Sequence record: SRR2962707_575
Direction: 5' to 3' (one strand)
DNA: 64,000 nt
The translations under genes and the position numbers were made by a program. This document shows positions 29,811 through 38,133 of this stretch, piece after piece. Position 1 is the first letter of the stretch; each line of letters opens with the position of its first letter. Under the pieces are notes generated by a model, which saw only the letters and a list, made by a program, of their open reading frames with translations, was not told the origin of the DNA and did no database searches.

Positions 29811-31772
29811 CTAAGGTTTCAATTCGGCCTTTTCGACAATCTCATTTCGATAGTTGTTAATGAACGCGATCGAGCCATCTACTGTTAAGTGATGCTTATC
29901 ACGAAATAGTGGAAGGCCATTACGCACTGTAGAACAGCTTTTTGAAGAATTCTCGTCACAGAAAAATGAATTCACATTTATATAATCACCCGCAAAAAAT
30001 TGATTTAATTTATTATTTTTATTGAAAATCATATTAATTATTTCTGGCGAGCCCTTACAACGACGCATCAGCACTCGGTCCGAAAAAGTATAAGGCGCCG
30101 CATAACAATCTGTTTGTTGTATATCCGGACGCAACACGGAACCAAGCCACACAACTTTATGCCCTGCTGCGTGCAGTTGATCTAACAAAAACACGGAAGC
30201 ATCATACCAATCTTTAGACCTATCTCCCTCGTAGCCGCTATAGTGATGTATGATAATTGTTGTCGGCCGCATTTCACGAAACGCCTTCAACATCCTCTTA
30301 TTTCGTGATGTGCAAGCGCCTGCCATCGTCTTTTTGCCAGAGAAATCATTTAGCCAATCGACAATACCGCTCTGTGGCGAGCAGGAAGTAAAGAACATTA
30401 CTCGTATGTTATAATCAGGAAATGCTTCACTCAAACCCGGCAACGCAGCGCGTGCATGGCTATCACCAACAATATAAATGCTTTGTTTAGAGTGCACTTC
30501 TCTTGCGCAAGTCACCAATGGATCTGACGCTTTGTTACCAAGATCCACGCCGTCAAATTGATCAGTCCCGCGACAATAGGAGCTCTCCATCTCCCTGAGT
30601 TTTAAAGGCGATTCTAATTGCCTTTCCGGCGGCACACGCCATCGCGCTCCATCGGAAAAATAACCTCCTGCCTGCAAACCAATAGACATAGCGACCAGAC
30701 TAAGACAGGCAAGTACCAATCTCTGAGCAGAGAAATTCAGACCGCTAATATATTGGGTAAAATTATATAGCCACCATCCAGTGACGACCGAGAGAGCTAA
30801 GATTACAACTATTTCTTCAGCACCAAGCTCCCCGAAAGTCCAATAGCGCCAAAATACGATAATTGGCCAGTGCGTTAGATAAACTTGATAGCTTATGCGA
30901 GCTATAAATTTGACTAAGGCGAATTGTCCAATTTTTGAAAGTACTAAATTATCAAAAAGCAGCGGGACAAAGCATACCACCGTTAACAAATTCGTTAGGC
31001 CTCCAGCTACTGACACTAAATGTATAGCAGAAAAGCCAAAAATCGGAGTTGCTAGCCCAGCTATATTAATCCAATTTGTTGTTTTAGTAGTTTTGCTAAA
31101 CATAGCAATTCCAGCCAAAATGCCTGCCATGAACTGAGCAAGTCGAAATGGAAGCAAGAAGAAAATCGCATCAGCCAATTTCCCATCAAAATTGAAAAAA
31201 TTAAATTGAGGTGACGGCACAAGAAAGGCCCAGTAGGAAAGCGCCAAAAACACGAAAGCAAAAATGCTAAAAACTACGCATAGTTTTGTGAAATTGAACT
31301 TATTCCCCAAGGCAAGAATAACTGCAAAAAACAGATAAAACTGCTCTTCAACAGACAGTGACCAAGTATGTAATAAAGCTCGGACTTCATTTTCAGGTGC
31401 AAAATACCCTGCCTGATTATAAAAAAGGATATTCGATAGAAAAAATTGAGAATAAAAACCTTGCTTGAGCGTGTCGACGAGATCGCTCGGAGACATAAGT
31501 AAAAAAGACGCAATTAATGTCGCAAAAATAACAATAAAAAGGGAAGGGACAATACGCAGAAACCGCCTAACAAAAAACGGCCACACCTTGAAATATCCAT
31601 CGCTTCGTCGGCGCATCAACATCGTATAAGACATCAAAAAGCCGCTCAAAATGAAGAATAAATCTACACCCAAATAACCAAATGAAAATCCAGGAACTTT
31701 CAGGTGATATAATACAACGGATGATATTCCGAATGCTCTTAGGGCATCCAAACTCGGAAATCTTTTATCCAT
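29811..31772 (-). CDS. OafA/OatA-like acyltransferase-3 + SGNH fusion
   Basis: LDALRA...VVLYH, GVDLFFILSGFL, HTWSLSVEEQFY, C-terminal GDSHA and DKHHL; AT-rich. Confidence 0.9.
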   Translation of the reverse strand: MDKRFPSLDALRAFGISSVVLYHLKVPGFSFGYLGVDLFFILSGFLMSYTMLMRRRSDGYFKVWPFFVRRFLRIVPSLFIVIFATLIASFLLMSPSDLVDTLKQGFYSQFFLSNILFYNQAGYFAPENEVRALLHTWSLSVEEQFYLFFAVILALGNKFNFTKLCVVFSIFAFVFLALSYWAFLVPSPQFNFFNFDGKLADAIFFLLPFRLAQFMAGILAGIAMFSKTTKTTNWINIAGLATPIFGFSAIHLVSVAGGLTNLLTVVCFVPLLFDNLVLSKIGQFALVKFIARISYQVYLTHWPIIVFWRYWTFGELGAEEIVVILALSVVTGWWLYNFTQYISGLNFSAQRLVLACLSLVAMSIGLQAGGYFSDGARWRVPPERQLESPLKLREMESSYCRGTDQFDGVDLGNKASDPLVTCAREVHSKQSIYIVGDSHARAALPGLSEAFPDYNIRVMFFTSCSPQSGIVDWLNDFSGKKTMAGACTSRNKRMLKAFREMRPTTIIIHHYSGYEGDRSKDWYDASVFLLDQLHAAGHKVVWLGSVLRPDIQQTDCYAAPYTFSDRVLMRRCKGSPEIINMIFNKNNKLNQFFAGDYINVNSFFCDENSSKSCSTVRNGLPLFRDKHHLTVDGSIAFINNYRNEIVEKAELKP

Positions 31773-31961
31773 CAAAATTCCCGCATTCGTTTTCCATAAG
31801 TGCACTTAAAAGCATTTTCACACTAAGACAAAACTCCCGCAAGCAGAAGAATGCGTTCTCAAGTTTTTGTATAATGCTCTGATCTTTACAAGAAGGCCTC
31901 AGATGCGCACCGGTGTTCGGGGGAAAGGAACGGCGGCGTGGTAAGCTCGCATGCGGATGCG

Positions 31962-31983
31962 GCTGGGCGTACCCAGCTAACCT
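31962..31983. repeat. REP-like palindrome (single copy in window)
   Basis: GCTGGG-CGTA-CCCAGC-TAACCT at the end of a GC-rich ~90 bp non-coding patch. Confidence 0.3.
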
Positions 31984-32118
31984 AGCGATTATTCACAGCA
32001 GCCCTCCCAACAAACACCTCCCCATTATACCTTTGGTTCAATAGCCCAAAGTTGAACGCAGCGACCCTTCCCATCGCGGGCAAAAAGCGCGAAACTATAG
32101 CAGGCTGGGAGGCGACAC

Positions 32119-34032
32119 ATGACAAGCAAATATCACACAGTTTATGATCAATGGAAAAACGACCCGCAAGCATTTTGGTCTGATGCGGCAAAGCAAATTC
32201 ATTGGTTTAAACCAGCGACGAAAATTTTCGATGCGGATATGGGCATTTATGGACGCTGGTTTGCCGGCGCGACCTGCAACACCTGTTATAACGCTGTTGA
32301 CCGCCATGTGGAAAACGGGCGCGCAGACCAACCGGCGATTATTCATGACAGCGCCTATACGGGCGAAAAAACAATCTGGACTTATAGCGATCTGCTTGAT
32401 GAAGTCACCGCGCTGGCCGCGACGATGGTTGATCTGGGCGTTACCAAAGGCGACCGCGTTCTCATCTATATGCCGATGATACCAGAAGCCGTTGCTGCCA
32501 TGCTCAGCTGCGCGCGCATTGGCGCGGTGCACACCGTTGTCTTTGGCGGCTTTGCCTCCCACGAGCTTGCCCACCGCATTGATGATTGCACGCCAAATCT
32601 CATCATCGCCGCTTCTTGCGGGTTAGAGCCAAACCGCGTTGTCGAATATATGCCGCTGATCGACAAAGCAATCGAACTTGCCAAACACAAGCCAGCACAC
32701 TGCATTGTGCTAGAGCGCGAATCCCATCTCTATGACGAAATTGAAGGCCGAGACACAGATTATAAAACAGCCGTCGCTGCGCACAAAAAAGCGGGCACGA
32801 AACTGCCCTGCGCAGAGCTGGACGCAACGGACCCGCTCTATATTCTTTATACCTCTGGCACCACTGGCCAGCCCAAAGGCATTGTGCGCGATAATGGCGG
32901 CCACATGGTTGCGCTCAAATGGACGATGGAAGCGATCTACGACATTCAGCCTGGCGAAGTGTTTTGGGCCGCGTCAGATGTCGGCTGGGTCGTTGGCCAC
33001 TCCTACATCGTCTATGCGCCGCTGCTGCATGGCGCCACGACATTGATGTTTGAAGGCAAACCCGTTGGCACGCCGGACGCGGGCGCATTTTGGCGTATCA
33101 TTGAGGAATATAAGGTGGCGACCTTATTTACCGCGCCAACAGCCATTCGCGCGATCAAAAAAGAGGATTCCAAAGGCGCGCGATCAAAAGACTATGATCT
33201 ATCATCGCTGCGCCGCTTATTCCTCGCCGGTGAACGCGCCGACCCTGACACCATCGATTGGGCACAGAAAACATTACAAGTGCCCGTCATCGACCATTGG
33301 TGGCAAACAGAAACCGCATGGACGATTGCAGGCAATCCGACTGGCCTTGGCGAATTGCCGATCAAAATAGGCTCCTCCACAGTCGCGATGCCAGGCTATG
33401 ACATTCACATTCTAAGCGACGAAGGCGAAGAGGTGGCAGCTGGCACTTTGGGCAACATAGCGGTCAAATTGCCATTGCCGCCGGGCTGCTTGCCGACACT
33501 TTGGAACGCCGATGGTCGATTCCAAGAAGCTTATCTCGCCGAGTTTCCCGGTTATTATAAAACCGCTGATGCCGGATACAAAGACGAAGACGGTTACATA
33601 TTTATCATGTCGCGCACCGATGATATTATTAATGTCGCTGGCCACCGCCTATCAACGGGTGCAATTGAAGAGGTGATTGGTGGACATCCAGATGTCGCCG
33701 AATGTGCGGTAATAGGCATTTACGATCAACTCAAAGGGCAATTGCCTGCTGGCTTTTTGATTTTGAACAACGGCACTGAATTGACCAATGAACAAATCGA
33801 AGCCGAGGTCATAAAGCGTGTACGCGATGAAATTGGTCCGGTCGCCGCGTTTAAAATTGCGGTGACCATACCGCGCTTGCCAAAAACACGATCAGGGAAA
33901 ATCTTGCGGGCAACAATGCAAAAAATTGCCGATGGTGAAACATGGAAAATGCCGGCCACCATCGATGATCCGGCGATCCTCGATGAAATCGCGTCTGTTT
34001 TAAGGACGCGAAAAATTGGGAGTTTTAGCTAG
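32119..34032 (+). CDS. prpE: Propionyl-CoA synthetase (acyl-CoA synthetase)
   Basis: YTSGTTGQPKG, RDNGGH, ASDVGWVVGHSY, DHWWQTE, LPKTRSGK. Confidence 0.88.
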   Translation: MTSKYHTVYDQWKNDPQAFWSDAAKQIHWFKPATKIFDADMGIYGRWFAGATCNTCYNAVDRHVENGRADQPAIIHDSAYTGEKTIWTYSDLLDEVTALAATMVDLGVTKGDRVLIYMPMIPEAVAAMLSCARIGAVHTVVFGGFASHELAHRIDDCTPNLIIAASCGLEPNRVVEYMPLIDKAIELAKHKPAHCIVLERESHLYDEIEGRDTDYKTAVAAHKKAGTKLPCAELDATDPLYILYTSGTTGQPKGIVRDNGGHMVALKWTMEAIYDIQPGEVFWAASDVGWVVGHSYIVYAPLLHGATTLMFEGKPVGTPDAGAFWRIIEEYKVATLFTAPTAIRAIKKEDSKGARSKDYDLSSLRRLFLAGERADPDTIDWAQKTLQVPVIDHWWQTETAWTIAGNPTGLGELPIKIGSSTVAMPGYDIHILSDEGEEVAAGTLGNIAVKLPLPPGCLPTLWNADGRFQEAYLAEFPGYYKTADAGYKDEDGYIFIMSRTDDIINVAGHRLSTGAIEEVIGGHPDVAECAVIGIYDQLKGQLPAGFLILNNGTELTNEQIEAEVIKRVRDEIGPVAAFKIAVTIPRLPKTRSGKILRATMQKIADGETWKMPATIDDPAILDEIASVLRTRKIGSFS

Positions 34033-34033
34033 G

Positions 34034-34957
34034 TCAGGCTACCATTTCGCTTTGATAAGCATCAAAAAACATCGTTGTCTCCACGCGGTCGCGGCCATTA
34101 TTCTTCGCATGATAGAGCAGTTTGTCGGCCCTTTTGAGGAGACAGTCCGCATTGATAGCCTCGGGGCAAATCGCGGTTAAGCCTATGCTCGCCGTAAAAG
34201 ACAATGTCGCGTCTTCTATTTTGACGAGGTAAGAACGCACGACTTTCAGCAGACGCTCACACGCAATTTTTGCTTCGCTGATATCTGTAGAGGGAAATGC
34301 AATCACAAATTCTTCACCGCCGATACGTCCGACAACATCATAGGTGCGCATTTGATGAAGCATAATTTTACCAAGTTCACACAGAACCTGATCGCCAACA
34401 TGGTGGCCATAATTATCGTTGATGAATTTGAAATTATCAATATCAAGAAGCGCGACGGATAATGGCATATCGGTGCGGCGGCTTCGGTGATATTCTTTAT
34501 CCAGAAGTTCCATAAGGTAGCGCCTGTTATTCAATCCTGTCAGTGAATCAGTACGCGCATCATGTTGTAACAATCGGCAAGCATACTCAAACTCTCGGAT
34601 GCTCAACATCGCAATCGGCAGATCGTCGTCATCCTTGACCAAAATGTGGCGAATGTAATGTATATTCATGACGCTTAACGCGTCCATCATATCGTCCTTC
34701 GTGGTGCAGGAAATAACCTTTTCCGTCATCACGGTAGCAACACTGGTGGTAACCACATCGGATTTAAAATCGACAATTGCGTGAACGAGATCTCGTTCAG
34801 AAACAATGCCTTTGATATTGTTCTCATCGTCCACAACAAGCAGCGCGCCCACCTTATCGCTCTGCAGTTTTTGAGAAACATCATATAATGTACTTGCTAC
34901 ATTGATGCACTCAACTGGTCGTTTTTTCCTGCTATTCAGCAAATCTTTTACAAGCAT
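34034..34957 (-). CDS. CBS-pair diguanylate cyclase
   Basis: Two CBS repeats; TDSLTGL, DIDNFK, RTYD I-site, GGEEF. Confidence 0.92.
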   Translation of the reverse strand: MLVKDLLNSRKKRPVECINVASTLYDVSQKLQSDKVGALLVVDDENNIKGIVSERDLVHAIVDFKSDVVTTSVATVMTEKVISCTTKDDMMDALSVMNIHYIRHILVKDDDDLPIAMLSIREFEYACRLLQHDARTDSLTGLNNRRYLMELLDKEYHRSRRTDMPLSVALLDIDNFKFINDNYGHHVGDQVLCELGKIMLHQMRTYDVVGRIGGEEFVIAFPSTDISEAKIACERLLKVVRSYLVKIEDATLSFTASIGLTAICPEAINADCLLKRADKLLYHAKNNGRDRVETTMFFDAYQSEMVA

Positions 34958-35128
34958 TTCTCCGCCTCATGCCTCAAGGCCGTATCATGACCCAATCCCA
35001 CTTTAGGTCAATAAACTTTACCAAATGTTACCTTACGACAACTAACCAAACGAGTGGACCAATTTACTAGCCTATTCACTATCTAGGTTGATCGGTTTAA
35101 GTTGTGTTCATTAACAAAGGAAATAACG

Positions 35129-35929
35129 ATGTCACTGAGCGGAAAAGTAGCAATTGTAACAGGCGGTGCCCAAGGTATTGGACACGCGATTGTCTCTCGC
35201 CTTCTCAACGATGGGGCAAAAGTTGCCATTGCTGACAGCGACAAAGTAAAGGGAAAACAATCCGAGCAAGAGCTTTCAGCCCTTGGCGACGTGCGTTTTA
35301 TCTATGCGGATGTAGGCAACCGCCTTGATGTGCATAATTTGGTTGCGTCCGTTGTCGAGCAATTCGGCGACATCGATATTTTGGTCAATAATGCAGGCAT
35401 TGTGCATCAAGAAGATTTTCTCGATATTTCCGAAGATGATTTCGACCGTGTTCTGCGCGTCAACCTGAAAGGCAGCTTTCTATGTGGCCAAGCGGTCGCA
35501 AGAAATATGGTCGAAAGAATTAAAAATGGTGGAAGCGTGGGGGCAATTGTCAACATGTCATCCATCAATGGACATTTTGCATTGGCTGACCAAGTGCCCT
35601 ACTCAATTTCTAAAGGCAGCGTGAACCAACTGACAAAAGTCATGGCCTTGTCACTTGCACCATACGGCATTCGCGTAAACGCCGTTGCGCCAGGCTCAAT
35701 CATGACGGACATGCTCGCGAGTGTGAACAATGATCCATCAGCGCGTGAACGCATTCTATCACGTACGCCCCTAGGCCGTATCGGCAGCGCATCAGAAATC
35801 GCTGCAATTGTTGCATTTCTAGCGTCTGATGAAGCCAGCTACATGACCGGCGAAATCGTCCATGCCGATGGCGGGCGCATGGCACTCAACTACACAGTGG
35901 ATGTTCCAGAAGTAGAAAAGAACAACTGA
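35129..35929 (+). CDS. Short-chain dehydrogenase/reductase
   Basis: TGGAQGIG, NNAG, YSISK; start ATG 35129. Confidence 0.93.
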   Translation: MSLSGKVAIVTGGAQGIGHAIVSRLLNDGAKVAIADSDKVKGKQSEQELSALGDVRFIYADVGNRLDVHNLVASVVEQFGDIDILVNNAGIVHQEDFLDISEDDFDRVLRVNLKGSFLCGQAVARNMVERIKNGGSVGAIVNMSSINGHFALADQVPYSISKGSVNQLTKVMALSLAPYGIRVNAVAPGSIMTDMLASVNNDPSARERILSRTPLGRIGSASEIAAIVAFLASDEASYMTGEIVHADGGRMALNYTVDVPEVEKNN

Positions 35930-35960
35930 AGGGCTGAAGTTTTTATTGAATTTGCAGATT

Positions 35961-35986
35961 CCTACTGACAGAATGTTGTCAGTAGG
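35961..35986. promoter_or_regulatory. Perfect inverted repeat, probable operator of the adjacent WYL regulator
   Basis: CCTACTGACA-N6-TGTCAGTAGG, 9 nt before a TAGTGT -10-like hexamer. Confidence 0.65.
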
Positions 35987-36028
35987 GCTGTGAGATAGTG
36001 TTTATCAAATTGAGCAAAGGAGATGAAC

Positions 36029-36424
36029 ATGCAAGCAGCAACGCAAAACAGACCCCAGACAAATGGTCACGCTTTTTGGTTCGCAATTCCTGTGACCGAC
36101 ATGGAAAAATCTCAAACATTTTATGAAACTGTGCTCGCCATAAAGATGGTCAAAGACCGCGATGAGCCGACTAATCCCATGACATTTTTCCAACCAATGG
36201 GAACGCCTGGTCGATTTGGTCATTTATACAAAGGCGAACCAGCCAAATCAGGCACAGGAAACACAATCCATATTTTGTGCAACGACAAATTGGAAGATGT
36301 AATTCCGCGTGTTGAACATGTGGGCGGAAAAGTCGTCACACCAATCATCGAAATTAAAACATCGCGTTATCTTGAAATCACAGACCTTGATGGCAATTCC
36401 ATCGGTCTCGTGAATTGGTTGTAA
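36029..36424 (+). CDS. VOC/glyoxalase family protein
   Basis: WFAIPVTDMEKSQTFYETVL...GGKVV...DLDGNSIGL; AAGGAG spacing favours ATG 36029. Confidence 0.9.
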   Translation: MQAATQNRPQTNGHAFWFAIPVTDMEKSQTFYETVLAIKMVKDRDEPTNPMTFFQPMGTPGRFGHLYKGEPAKSGTGNTIHILCNDKLEDVIPRVEHVGGKVVTPIIEIKTSRYLEITDLDGNSIGLVNWL

Positions 36425-36425
36425 A

Positions 36426-37124
36426 ATGCGCCGCGCAGACCGCCTTTTCCAAATCGTTCAACATCTTCGCGGTGGCAGACTGGTGACCGCATCGAAGCTT
36501 GCAGAACGCTTGGAAGTATCAGACCGCACCATCTACCGCGACATTGCCGACCTTCAATCAACCGGCGTGCCGATTGATGGAGAGGCTGGCGTTGGCTACA
36601 TCATGCGCGATGGCTATGAATTGCCGCCGCTGATGTTTACGCGCGATGAGATAGTCGCCTTGGTTGCCGGCGCGCGCATGACCCGTGCATGGGGCGGCGC
36701 TGCAATGGCGCGCGCTGCCGAAGAAGCCTTGGTCAAGATTGAAGCGGTGTTGCCAAGCGACAAGCGCAACAATTTTAGCAGCATCGAAATCCACGCGCCC
36801 GCCTACCGAATGAGCGATGAGGACCGCAACCGCATTGATGCGCTCGAATGCGCGGCCAATAAAAAAACCATTTTAAACATGACCTACACGGATCAAAGCG
36901 GTGCATTGACAGTGCGCCAAGTGCGCCCGTTAGGGCTTTGGTACTGGGGTGGCGGCTGGACATTTGTTGGCTGGTGCGAACTGCGCAAAGATTTCAGATC
37001 CTTCCGCATTGACCGCATAAAGGATTTTGAGCCTACCGGCCAAAACTTTAGATCAGAGACCGGCAAAACACTGCGTGATTTTTACCGGAAAATGGAAGCC
37101 GAAAATGAGTGGCGCCGCCACTAA
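36426..37124 (+). CDS. YafY family HTH-WYL transcriptional regulator
   Basis: MRRADRLFQI, LEVSDRTIYRDI, WCELRKDFRSFRIDRI. Confidence 0.95.
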   Translation: MRRADRLFQIVQHLRGGRLVTASKLAERLEVSDRTIYRDIADLQSTGVPIDGEAGVGYIMRDGYELPPLMFTRDEIVALVAGARMTRAWGGAAMARAAEEALVKIEAVLPSDKRNNFSSIEIHAPAYRMSDEDRNRIDALECAANKKTILNMTYTDQSGALTVRQVRPLGLWYWGGGWTFVGWCELRKDFRSFRIDRIKDFEPTGQNFRSETGKTLRDFYRKMEAENEWRRH

Positions 37125-37134
37125 AAATGACAGC

Positions 37135-37166
37135 AAAAAGCCGGATGATTTTCATCACCCGGCTTT
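37135..37166. terminator. Bidirectional terminator
   Basis: AAAAAGCCGG...CCGGCTTT between convergent genes. Confidence 0.8.
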
Positions 37167-37182
37167 GAAACTTATCGAGCGA

Positions 37183-37893
37183 TTACTCGTCTGATGTATC
37201 TTTTTTGCCTTTAAGGGCATTCAATTTGGCAAAAACTGCATCCGCATCGATCATATCGTCTTCAGGTTTTGAAGGTTTAAATGAGCGTGACTCATCTTCA
37301 AGCGCCATGCCTTCTGTCTGTGATGCTGGCAGCAATGTTTCACCAGCAGCTTCAACATCCATCTCAGGCGGACGGTTCTTAGCAGCGCGGTTAACTTCAA
37401 AGTCCAAATCAATCTGCGAACAAAGGCCAAGCGCAACAGGATCGATTGGCTGCAAATTGGCAGAATTCCAATGCGTACGTTCGCGAATTTGTTCAATCGT
37501 ATTTTTTGTTGTGCCAACAAGACGAGAAATCTGCGCGTCTTTAAGTTCAGGGTGATTACGCACCAACCACAAAATAGCGTTTGGACGGTCCTGACGTTTT
37601 GACACAGGCGTATAGCGAGGGCCTTTGCGTTTCAGCGGTGGCACAGTCACTTTTTGCGCAGACAATCTAAGCATATGGTTCGGATTTGCTTCCGCCGTCG
37701 CAATTTCATCGCGGCTAAGCTGACCGGTATTGATCGGATCAAGGCCTTTAATGCCTTGCGCTGATTCGCCATCGGCAATCGCTTTCACTTCAAGCGGATG
37801 CAATGTGCAAAATGCAGCGATCTGATCAAATGTCAGCGCTGTGTTATCTACCAACCATACGGCGGTTGCCTTTGGCATAAGCAAAGTTGCCAT
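37183..37893 (-). CDS. trcR: DUF1013 family cell-cycle transcription factor TrcR
   Basis: LMPKATAVWLVDNT, RYTPVSKRQDRP, DPVALGLCSQ. Confidence 0.88.
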   Translation of the reverse strand: MATLLMPKATAVWLVDNTALTFDQIAAFCTLHPLEVKAIADGESAQGIKGLDPINTGQLSRDEIATAEANPNHMLRLSAQKVTVPPLKRKGPRYTPVSKRQDRPNAILWLVRNHPELKDAQISRLVGTTKNTIEQIRERTHWNSANLQPIDPVALGLCSQIDLDFEVNRAAKNRPPEMDVEAAGETLLPASQTEGMALEDESRSFKPSKPEDDMIDADAVFAKLNALKGKKDTSDE

Positions 37894-38037
37894 TAGATAT
37901 ACCTTTCCTGTTCGTCCGCGCCGGTGCCGCGGGCGTGGTAATTAACCACTGATGTCCGGAATTTGAACTTCCTTAGCGCAACCAAGGCTTCGGTGCAACA
38001 TTTTTGGTAATTGCTCCGCTGAATACTTGTTCGTGGA

Positions 38038-38077
38038 CTGTCACAAAACAGTAATCAAACCGTCACGCCGGTTACAT
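38038..38077 (+). promoter_or_regulatory. Tandem Pho boxes (PhoB sites)
   Basis: 11-bp periodic CTGTCACAAAA/CAGTAATCAAA/CCGTCACGCCG/GTTACAT versus consensus CTGTCAT-N4. Confidence 0.75.
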
Positions 38078-38133
38078 CACTGACGTTCATGAGGCCCATA
38101 TCTACCAATTTTGACAATTATTAGGGCTGAATC

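Noticed and set aside
31895-31990. tRNA, SRP RNA, riboswitch or group II intron end
   Set aside because: No T-loop or cloverleaf, no SRP GGAAGGAAGCAG core, and no riboswitch or domain V consensus I can match
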